DNA from: Lingula anatina
Lineage: Eukaryota > Animalia > Brachiopoda
Reading direction: 5' to 3'
Length of the DNA stretch: 64,000 bases
Assembly: GCA_051362555.1 (NCBI GenBank)
Contig: CM120642.1
Span: 20,336,001 to 20,400,000 of the forward strand
Part shown: piece by piece, positions 28,001 through 40,000 of the stretch
How positions within the stretch are numbered: the stretch's first letter is position 1
Layout of the letters: every line of letters starts with the position of its first letter
Position numbers and translations under genes: made by a program
The notes under the pieces: generated by a model
What the model saw: the letters and a program-made list of their open reading frames with translations, nothing else
Told to the model about the DNA's origin: nothing
Database searches by the model: none

Positions 28001-31000
28001 GAAAATCAATTGGCTAATCGTCTTGAAATTCACAGGGGTGATCAGACTTACTAAAATACAGATGAGGTTGGAAAATAAGCTTGATCGGTTCAGTTTTGGT
28101 GAAATTGTGCCTTTTTTTGTATATAAGTCTTTTTTCCTGGGATTTAATTCTTAGGCATGTTAACAATCTCATTTGTGAACTAATTAGTAATGTAAAGGTG
28201 TTCTTTTGACATTTTCTGCATCTTAACAATATTGTTAGTTGATTATATAAAAATGATGGTAAACCTGTTATTGTGAATTTTGTAATAAAGTGTCAAAAAT
28301 GGAAATAAACTCATATCTTTACAGTTTGTCAGATTCAATCATTCAGCATGTTCAGAATCTCAGAATGGAACAAATTGGACATTTAAAATTGTTCTATTGA
28401 TATTTTTTGTATATAAGTCTTTTTTCCTGGGATTTAATTCTTAGGCATGTTAACAATCTCATTTGTGAACTAATTAGTAATGTAAAGGTGTTCTTTTGAC
28501 ATTTTCTGCATCTTAACAATATTGTTAGTTGATTATATAAAAATGATGGTAAACCTGTTATTGTGAATTTTGTAATAAAGTGTCAAAAATGGAAATAAAC
28601 TCATATCTTTACAGTTTGTCAGATTCAATCATTCAGCATGTTCAGAATCTCAGAATGGAACAAATTGGACATTTAAAATTGTTCTATTGATATTTTTTGT
28701 ATATAAGTCTTTTTTCCTGGGATTTAATTCTTAGGCATGTTAACAATCTCATTTGTGAACTAATTAGTAATGTAAAGGTGTTCTTTTGACATTTTCTGCA
28801 TCTTAACAATATTGTTAGTTGATTATATAAAAATGATGGTAAACCTGTTATTGTGAATTTTGTAATAAAGTGTCAAAAATGGAAATAAACTCATATCTTT
28901 ACAGTTTGTCAGATTCAATCATTCAGCATGTTCAGAATCTCAGAATGGAACAAATTGGACATTTAAAATTGTTCTATTGATATTTTTCCTATGTCAACAA
29001 CTTTCTTAGTTGATCATTTAAAAACGACAGTAAATTGATTATTTTGATATATGTAAAAAAAGTGTTGAAAGTGGAAAGAAATTCATTTCAGTACAGTTAT
29101 CTCTTGTGTACATTTTGGCATTTTGAAGTTGTGACTCTGAACTTCTATGGACCTGAAGACCTTTCCATATCAAATTTCCTGAATATCCATGATACTTTTA
29201 TTTTATTACGGTAATATGCCAAACAATTCGACCAAGATTAATTAATTAATTTCATGGAAATGTCAGTTTGGTCGAATTGATTAAAATACAGCAAATGGAA
29301 ACCTTTGATATCGTCGGATTGTTAGGGGCATCTGCCAAAACGTCCATCTTTCCGGAAGTATTGCATTTTACCGAAAGTGTTAAGCAAGATAAGCCGCAAT
29401 TTTCGCCTAACACGTGTTTCAGGCTCGTTTTATCCTCCTTTTAAAATCTTATTTTGCTGTGTACAATATGTGCTAACATTACTTAACATTAAAAAAGACG
29501 ACAATTATAATTTCTAATTATATATTTCCCTCACCTACGATCATTTTCATGATGCGCTTCACGAGTGGGACGAGTATTTCCCCAGAGACAGGTGTTGTAA
29601 ACAAAGGCCGGTCACTTATATTTGAAACCGGTAGCTTTAGTAGACTAGTTATGTGATCTACGTACGCCCTATTTGAATTTTAATATGACAACTGAAATCA
29701 ACCGAATTGAAATTTTTTACCAGTCTGAGATCAGTTGTTTTCAACCCGCAAGGCTTGCTCAGCGTCGAGGCGAAGAAGAAAATTCAATCCGAAGAAAATT
29801 CAATCACCCGTATCAAAGAATACCAACTGGTACTCAAACGGAATTCAGTGTAACTTCAAATTACTTATAAGTATTTTATTTAAAAAGCATGTCATATTAA
29901 AACATATTGAGAAGGCAAAATACGGAGCCTACCTGTGCCGATAGACATACAGGAGGCCTATCTTGCTGGCACTCTTCCGATTTTCTTACTTATATACTCT
30001 CGCTGTGCACAAACCACGGTGCATATTGAAAACCCCACTGATACAACCCGATCGTAAAAAAAGCATTTAATTGCCATAATTTTCACAAAACAAGTGCATT
30101 TATAATTTGACGCGAGAATTGAGCACATGCAGAAATGAAACTGGTCTTATCTGGTCTGGTCCAGCATAGCGCAAACCACATGTTAATGAAGACGGTCCCA
30201 TTTTGGGGGAGGGGGGTCACAGGAATGGAGTTCTTCGTGGATTACGCTAACTATCATCAAAATTTCATGCATCTGGGGAAATAAAAAGTGACTCACAGGT
30301 AACGTAAATATCCAGTGGAACTCTCTATGAAGCTCTCATGGAGTTAAGGAAGATGTCATTTTTATTGTTGACAAATCAGTTATCCATGTAGGTGAACAGC
30401 TACACGTGTTCGTCAGATTTTGACAGCGCGTGGTATTTGGCGCCAAGAAGTCTGGGCGGTCGATCCCGCTGATCTTTCGGTTGATTGTAGGAAATGTAAG
30501 ATCTTGCGGTGTTGACTTCAAGAATGTTTCCCCATCTGCATATATATTTCAATCAAACTTGAAAATAAATTGCTTATTCTTCCCAAACTTTTTATTGCTA
30601 GCAATATATGGTCTATATGAAGGTGTTTACGACGTATTCTACCCACTGTCGATATTTGGTTTCATCCAGAATGGACCTTTTTTAACCCCCCCCCTTCCCA
30701 ATTTACAGGCGTGATGAATCAGTCAGCGAGGGCAAGTCTGCTTAATTAGCACAAATTGTATGTCTATAACACTATTTTGTCATCGGGGACAAAGGGAATG
30801 ACAGGTACGTCATGCTTCCAGATTAGATCTTCAATTAATAGTTTCTTCCTCATTGACGAGAGCTATTGAAAGAACAACAATTGACAAAGGGCCCGGCATG
30901 CAGCATCTATATGACTGGCTTGAAAATTTACCGAGTCTTGCCGACGATGTGGTCGAACAATCGGAACAAGAAAAAAATTCTGTCGCATGATTTTGACGTA

Positions 31001-34000
31001 TGGACTAAATGTTTGAGCCCAGAAAAATTAATTTTATAATATAATTTTTATGGTCGGATTGACTGGGCCCGTCGAAATGCTTGGCACATTACCGTATTAA
31101 AAATTGATGGTCATTATGCTGTTAAGCATTATGTAATATTGCATCAAAATTGAAGACAACCCCATTTTAGACAATGCCTCCATAGTGACCATTAAAGGAA
31201 AATCAAGTCACTTACTCTTCTCAAACTTACAGAAATGTAGCATAGCACTAAATTATAGCTTCAGTTGGAAAACCTGTTATATTGGTTAACTTTCTTGGAT
31301 ATTATATAGTTTTTTGTTACAATTAAAATTTTCACATATGGACATTTTCAAGGTGTGACTTAGTCATTGGCTTGAATACCATTGCTAGTCACATCTTTTG
31401 AATAGCTATGATACATTTTCTTTATTATTAAAAATTGATGGCCATTGTGCTGTTAAGCATTATGTTAAATTGCATAAAAGATGAAAAAAAAAACTTTTTT
31501 GGACATCGCTGCTGGGATGACCATTAAGGAAAAACCATTTTACTTATGATATTCTAACTTACTGAAAAGTTTCATAGGACTGAAGTGTAGCTTGTGTTGG
31601 AAATCAGTGTGATTGTTTTCTGTTTTGGAAGCAATGCAGCTCTATGGAGTGCTATATGGGGCTACTGTTTATGGATGGTGGTAATTGTCCCTTGGGATAA
31701 TCACTAGCTAAATTCAGAGCTATAAAATTACTTGCCTAATTGATTTTCAAGTGCCCATTAAATAAGATTACATAAAACACACGTTGAGATTTCCCATTCA
31801 AGTCCTATAGGTTAAGCTCTCTTAACTGTGTCACATAATTAGGGATTGGTGCTAATTATGCAGGTAAATGTTGTTTAATATTGCAAATAAGTTTACAAAA
31901 GAAAAAAAATTTGTGCAATGCCAACATTAATGCTATAGATGAATAACAGTGCCTTATTATCCTCAAACACATTGGGATTATTCATATCATGTTAATACAG
32001 CAAGATTAAAAGTTTAAATAGCAGCTTTATTGGAATATTTTTTTTTATTTGTGTTTTCTTTTTAATTTTTTTCTAAACACTGGCATTTTCAACTCCCATC
32101 CACCTGAAGCTCTTCAGATTTTCTGTATTTCCACATAAGCAGTTGCATAGGTTTTTATGTCTTTAAACATTATGTAACATTATTTTATGCACTGTCAACA
32201 TTTTTCAAATTTTGGGATTTTCATTATGTGAATTTGAACTCTCATGGTCCAGAAACTATAATCTTATTGCAGGGGTGGATTGAGGCCGTCTTCTGGGTCT
32301 TTCAGATGACGGTCAGATTTTAGAGTTTACATTGACTGGTATCAATTTTTTTCTGTTGGAAGACCATCAAATGTGTAGGATGGATCAACAAATATAGTTT
32401 GGAATACTGTCAGAAAATACCTCTGGATCTGCTCCTGTTATTGACCATGTTACCTGTTGTGCATGATTAAAATTCAGTGTTGATTGACAGTGCTATTATA
32501 AGCATTATTTATTATTGCATCAAAATTGACAAAATGACCTATTTTGCATCTTTATTTTCTGTTTTTTGTCTGTACATTTGACAGCTTTGCTGCCTTGTTT
32601 TCAAATAATGGCAATTTTTCATTAATTTTTTATCTATTTGAAGTAAATTTATTTTTCTCTTATATGTGACTTAAGACAGTTGATAATCTTTTATCTTTTA
32701 AGTCTTCATTAAAAATTGACACAAATTTTCAACATTTCAACATAACCAGATTTTTAACTTTTGTAATAATTTATTCAATTTTTCTCAGTCTCCAAATGAG
32801 CTGTTGAAGAAGTATGACTATGACAACAATGATATACTGAATGTGAAAGAGGAGATACCTGGTCTAAACACAGAGTTGTTCATGAGTGTACCAAGATTGG
32901 GACAGACATTTAAAGGTTTTACTGTGCTTTGATCTTGTCTTTTATAACATAATCATGTCAATGTTCCTTTCTATCACATATTAATTTTTTAATGAGCCAT
33001 TGTGATAATTCAGTGGAGTTGTTATAAACAAACTAAACTGTGTATCACAAGTTTTAATTTTGTGAGATTTTGAAAAATTAAAGTTTTTTCTTAAAATCAT
33101 TTTAGCTTCCATGATTTGATCCCATTATTTTCAAGAATCCCTACAATAATTTATCAATTGTTAATGAATTAAGTATTGTATAAATCCAGATGCAGACTCA
33201 AGTGGCATCCCTCTAGCCGTGTTTGAGATGGAAAATTTGAGAGAACTTCGTCTTGCCAACCAGGGCATAAACTCAGTTCCGCAAGCCATCGCCAAGCTGA
33301 AGAGACTCCGGGTCTTGGAGCTGTCTAACAATCCCCTTCTGGAGAGCGTTGCGGGAGAAGTGGCCTTCTTACCCATTAGAGGTTAGTTTCGACTATTTGC
33401 CTGAATTAAAAGTTGATCTTAGATTCTGTGTCATTTTTCAACTTTGATCAATGAATGGGTAAAAAGGTTCACATTTTTAGAAAAAGGAGTGATTTTTAAA
33501 TTGTATTAATTTATTGACAAGGCCTGAAATTGATTGAATTGATATTCAACTTCAGATAATGTTGGTCAAGGCTTGAAGCTGGATGGATGTCCTTCCCTGA
33601 AGAGTCCTCCGAATGAAATAGTGGGCAGAGGAGGAGGAGCTGTCATCAGCTTCCTCAAACGTGTAGCAGGCGGCTTTACTGTCTGCAGGAGGACAAAGCT
33701 CATGTTTGTTGGACTGGGAGGAGCTGGGAAAACAAGGTGAGTTAGGGACCATTCCCAGACCCTATCGCACTAACTGTGGATCAATCTATCTCCAAGGGCA
33801 TTCTCGCTAAATTGCAATGAACTTAAGGTGCAGGTTAGATGTCTGTTAGGCCCTCTTAAAGCTGCTTGGGGGTTATTAATTATCGTATAGCAGCTATAGT
33901 AGGCATGCCAGACATTTAAGCCGCTTAAGCTGAAGGCAATTAAGTGAGAAACCCCTTGGAGATGGATCGATCCAGGGAGGAGCTGGTAAAAAGAGGTAAG

Positions 34001-37000
34001 TTAGACAGAATCGGGAGGAGCTGGGAAAACAAGATGAGTCAGACAGTACTGGGAGTAGGGAACAAGGTGAGTTAAAGATTTGACTGGGAGGAGCTAGGAA
34101 AATGCAGTAAGTGAAAGCATTTGGAAAATTTGGTAAGACTTTATTTGGGCTTTCATGTTGAACTTTTGAAAATCTGAATGTTCTCTTGCCAGGGTATAAA
34201 AGGTGGCATTGACAAAAGACCAAAATGTTGAATTTTATGCTCCTTTAACAGTTGAAATTCAGTTAACATTTGTGATAACGGGATGATTTTCTCTCTTCTA
34301 CTTCAGTTTGCTGCGTGCTTTAATGAGTGGTAACTACAAAACAAAATCATTGGGTGCCAAGGAAGTGACCGATGGCATTGACATCAAAGCATGGACAGTG
34401 AAGAAGAATGATGGGCCAGAAGTGACCTTCAGCACCTGGGATTTTGCTGGACAGAAAGTGTACTACAACACACATCAGGTGGGTGACAGTCTTATTTGAC
34501 ACTCATTTTCATAAGCTGGGAAACAAAATCACAGGTCTCTAGTCTGCAATTTCAAAGTTTCTCAATAAGCTGGTAAACAAAAAATTTAAAGTCTGTGGCC
34601 AGCAATTTTCATCAACCGGTAAGCAAAATACAGGTCCCTGAACAGCAATTTGAAAGGGAGTTTTTTTTCCTGACAAAGTGGACCTTTTTACCCTCTTAGT
34701 TGACCCCTTTTGAAAAGTGGAATAAAACCAATATAAAGTTTTTATGACAGACCCTTTCCAGCCAAAAAGGTAGTTTTTTACCCCCCCCCAACCCCCCCCC
34801 CCCCCCCCTTGCGTACAGACCTGTACATAAACAGCTGCACCAATCAAAACATGGACAAAGGCACTGTGGTGCAAAACATGGGAGTATTTATGGTAGATAG
34901 CCTTGGGTGTTTGGTTGCTTATCAACTGGGGGAAAAAGTGTGAAATATCTTCTTTGTCTTCTCACAGGACAAAATGAATAGAGAAAAGCAGTTTATGTCT
35001 AAACACAAAGGGGACTGTATAATAGTGTCCTCCAGTGAGTTATCAACTTTGGATTTAGATCAAGACAATATTAGTATTAGAGCAACAGATTACGCGTGTA
35101 TGTGATGTACAGTAGTACTGTACCTGGCAAAAGTCTGTTGTGAACTAATAATAATTTACACACAGCTGACCAGTTTAATCTTCACCTCATTAAAACATTG
35201 CATCTTTAAAGGTGATTTATTACCAGAGTCAGTGCTGATGAGATTAATGTTTGTACATTATTCTTGACAATGTGTTCTATTTCCCTAGTTTTTCCTGTCC
35301 AGTAGAGCAGTGTACCTGCTGCTGTGGACCACCAGATCTGGCTACGAACACGCAGGACTGGAGTTTTGGCTGAGCTCCATCGCCAGTCACGCTCCTGGAG
35401 CACCTGTTTTTGTCATCGGGACGCGAGCAGATGAGGTATGGTTGGGTTGATCTCGGTCTGATACCAAGCGCTGGTGATATTTCTCTTTCCTAATAAGTAT
35501 GATGGGCTTTTTGGTAACATGACTGGAATATATAATTGAATCTTTAAATCTGTACGTTTTAATTTGTTGTAAAAAACAAGTACAACAGTACTTCAAATGA
35601 GTTCACCATCAGATGTTATGATTTCGATGAATTGAAATTTGAAGAGTTAACATAAAAATTCACTGGTTAAAGAAACACTGTATTTAAGATTGTTTCACTT
35701 TGATGGTATAATTAACATGGTCCTAATTACATTCTGCAGGTTGATAAGCCAGAAATTCCCAAGGAAAAACTGCGGAAGAAATTTCCCCAAATTGTCGACT
35801 TTCATTTCATCAGCTCTCTCACTGGAAAGGTAGGAAACATGAAGTGGTCAGCTGGATTTGATAGACTGAATTGTTCATATGGGCTCCGTAACTTGAAAGC
35901 ATCGCAAATTGTGATCATAGCAATATCATACTTTAATTTTGAAGCTATTATATGGGGCGATTAAATGCCGAGTTATGGACTAGAGACGCTTATGCTCAGT
36001 CGCAATTCACGTTGCTTTTGAGTTACAGAGTCCTGGTGCTGTAAGGGTGATTTATAAAGTTCATCTCAAGATTTCGCAGTTTGAACAAGGTTGTGAACAA
36101 ACTTGGTGAATACTTGTAGGTTATAACGTACATGTAAAGTTGATAGAGTCAGTTGGTGTGTTCAAGGTTAATTGAGCAAGTGCTGAATTTTTGAATGAAA
36201 TTATGAACTGACCTTTTTTCCAGGGGATAAAAAAAATAATACTGCAAAGGTGTGTGAGAAAACAATTATGATATTGTGTAGAAAAATAGACTTATTATTA
36301 TAAGTAAATAATTAACAGTATGCAGAATAAAACTTCAATGATCATTATACAATGAAGGCTGATTTAAGGAACCATATTCTATTTTGTTGTCAGAATATCC
36401 GTGAGTTGGAGGACCAGCTGGTGGATGTGACTTTGGCACAGAAATATATGGGTGAACAGATCCCCACTGTCTGGCTGAAACTGGAGACTGCTATTCTCAC
36501 GTAGGCTTTATTAGGACATGCAGGCGCATGCATGCACACACCCACACACATCAAACGCATAATTTGATCAATTATTAAGTGCATGTTGACAGAGATAATA
36601 CCAACATATCTTCAGTCTGAATGCCACTGTTTCCTTGCTAGCTTTATTTATCATTGTTTTAGCCAAATATACAGTCATTTGACTTTGAAATATGTCATTG
36701 AGTAAACTGCTTTGTTTTATTTTATTTTATTTCATTTTATTTTGTTTTGTTTTATTTCACAGCATGAAGGAGAAGAAGAAAGTGAGCATAGTTAAGTGGG
36801 AAGAGATTGCTGCAATGGCAAATGAAGTTGGAATTTATGAAGAGAAAGATGTAAGGATGCTTATGCTTTTGTTTCTCATACAAGAGACTTCTGTGACTTG
36901 TACTTTTTTCTTTAAGCAACTGCATTTAAATCTGAAAACAAACCACTTAAGAAATTCTAAGAGCAGAGACATAGATCTGTGTTTCAGTGATGATAATGTT

Positions 37001-40000
37001 TGCATGTTTTATATATAAAAATACTAAATCTTTGATTTTCATTTTCCCTAAGTCGCTGATTTTTATCTTTAACCTATATCCTGCCTTGAATTAACTCTGA
37101 ATCAATGTGTTCTTACAGCTGAAGGAAGCCATCCAGTTCCTGACCTACCTAGGCTCAGTGCAGTATTTTGACAATGAATTCCTCAGGAAATATGTGGTCA
37201 TCAACCCGCAGTGGATTGCTGATGTCATGGCATGTGTGGTGTCCATTAAGGCCAATGCCATTAAGGTGAGACCACTCTAGATGAGACCGAGATGATCATT
37301 TATTTCACCCTGAGCAGAGAGTACAAAAATTACAATAAATATTCTAAAATTAAATAAATATGATAAAACTTAATAATATTTTACAGTTAAATAATTATTA
37401 TTAATAAAACTTGCATTGCGGCTTTCCATACTTTTTAGTGACTCAGATATACCTAAATGTTAATATGAACATACAGTCCTTATATCAGTTAGAGACACAA
37501 ATATTAACCAAAGTAACTTACAGAAATATTATTTTTAGTACCCTTAGACTTCTAGACTATTTAAATAGATAGAATTTTACTACATTTCTACTTCTTCTCT
37601 CAGAACGGTCGCCTCAACCACTCGGACATCGGTGTCATCTGGAAGGCGTATGACAAGGAGTATCACGAGTGGCTGCTGATGTTGACCCAGGAGTTTGATC
37701 TGACTTTCCCCTTGCCAGATCAGAAGGTCAACTTGGTGCCATGTCTGCTGCCCGGAGAGGAGCCACAGGTCAGTCTGAAACTGACTGAATTTTGATTTAT
37801 TTCTTTGTTTATTTTTAAGTATTTATTAATTCGCTTTTGTATTTTTTTAGAGTTTTAAAAAATTAAGTCTTTCATGAAGTCCATGTTCATTTATCATAAA
37901 AGATTAATCATGCATAAAAACACACATCCTAGATAGATCAACAAGATTTAATGTGGGACATTTTTGCTTGCATAGTTGTATTACATGTAATACATCTTCT
38001 ACTGTTGTGTGCTTTTAAAAATTTAGCACAATCATGTAGTGTATTGGGGTCTTTCTGCCAGTGGAACTGGTAATTTGTCAAGTTGAATAGCTCATAGGTG
38101 TGCAGACATTGCTAAACTAAAGTTCTAAACTTTTATACCAGCACCAATTTCTGTCAACCACGGGCAGTATTCTGTTTTCCTCTCTCTAAAATACATTAAT
38201 CTAATTTTAATGAACATTTTTCACATTTCCAGTATGACTGGCCTGAGCTGGAGGCAGACTCTGGGATCAGAGAGACCAGGATGTTGTATCAGTTCACATA
38301 TTTGCCAACTGGATTGTTCAACAGGGCACAGGTACAAACATCTATTTTACAAAGTGACTGGAGTGTTTGTGCTTTGTGAAGACAACTTAGTTTTCATAAG
38401 TTAGTTTATAAAATTAGTTTTGTCTTATCAGTTTCAAACAATTTTATGAATGAATATTATTTTTGTTTACAGTTTTTCTTGAATCATTATAATAAGTTTT
38501 CATATTGTTTTCTAAAAGGTCATTCAAAACCATTTTTTTAAATGCTTTTAAAATGTTTTCTGTGTTTTCTCAAAATATCATGTTTTGAAAACATATTTCT
38601 CGAAACATAAAAAAATTGTTTTCAAATAATGTTTTAGAGAAACATTTTTAAAATGTTTTTAAATAACGTTTTAGGAAAACATTTTTAAAATGTTTGTTAA
38701 ATAACATTTTAGAAAAACATTTTTAAATGTTTTTAAATAACGTTTTAGAAAAAAAATTTTAATGTTTTCATACAACATTGTAGAAAAACATATTAGAAAG
38801 TTATAGAAATATTTTCGAAGTAACGTTTAAGAGAAACATTTAAAAAATGTTTTTTGAATAATGTTTTAGAAAAAAATTTTTTTAATGTTTTCGAATTATG
38901 TTTTAGAAAAACATTTTAAAAATGTTTTCAAATAACGTTTTACAAAAACATTTAAAAAATTTTTAAATAACATTTTAGAAAAACATTTTTAAATGTTTTC
39001 ATATAACGCTTTAGAAAAACATTTTGAAAATGTTTTCAAATATCATTTTGGAAAAACGTTTTTTAAATGTTTTCAAATAACATTGTGGAAAAACATTTTT
39101 AAAAAGCTTTAGAAATGTTTTCTCATACTGTTTTTGAAATTCTGTAACATTTGCGAAAACATCTTAATAACATTTTAATTTAACTGCGCCTATATGACAA
39201 ACATGGTCTGATTCTTAACTTTTGTTATCAGTTTATTTTCACAATTATGTCGCTACAGGTGAGACTGTTCCAGTTCACTGATGGCAAGGCAATATGGAAG
39301 GAAGGATCATTCCTGAAGAAGAATGCCCATATTGCTCTCATAAAGCAGACAAGGTAATCCCAGGCTGCAGACATAACATTTAGCTTTCTTCATTCCATAA
39401 TAATAAAGTTACTGTAGCATTTCAATACACCAAACAGTTTTCAGACATTTTCAAGTCGAAAGATGTTGAAAGTTCACTTAGTCTAATAGTTGACACATTG
39501 GTAATATTTTATTATATTTTTAAAATAATCCAGAGAGAATGAACTGTCAGTGAAGGTTCAAGGTCCAGAGCCTGAGAATGTGTTGCTGTTGATTCATGAG
39601 GTGTTTGAAGGGTTGATAGCCGAGGCCTACGATGGGGTCACCTACACCTACCTAGTCCAGTGTCCTGACTGTGTGAACAAACAGGTACGTAATGTGGTCA
39701 AACTGAAAGTTTGACTTCATCCAGACCAGTTGTTTTGAACTGTGATAAAGATAGACTTATAACTACTTCTCATACATGAAGAAAGCCTAATGATTAAGGC
39801 TGAGAGGTAATGATATCTATGAGCACATTCAGAACAAGATGATATGCCAACCAACGGATCCACTGGTTTAATTGGTAGGCTCCTGCAGCGACAGCGTGTG
39901 TGGAGGCCGGGAGACTAGCATGGAAATAGCAGCATGGCTTTTGAAGTGGGGTCAGCCATACTTAATTGGTGGATCAGTTAGAACTCGGATCATCTTTTCT

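Larger units (their letters stand above)
27239..32599 (+). mobile_element. HINE-like family A, full-length copy with a nested TIR element
   Basis: Both terminal signatures; 161-bp units; nested element at 29209-31094. Confidence 0.85.

Noticed and set aside
29673-30714. ORFs inside the TA-flanked TIR element as a transposase
   Set aside because: They are short, and no DDE/D or HTH motif is recognisable.
34630-34825. Possible hAT-type MITE around the poly-C tract
   Set aside because: The inverted match is only about 8 bp (TACAGGTC/GACCTGTA) and no convincing TSD was found.
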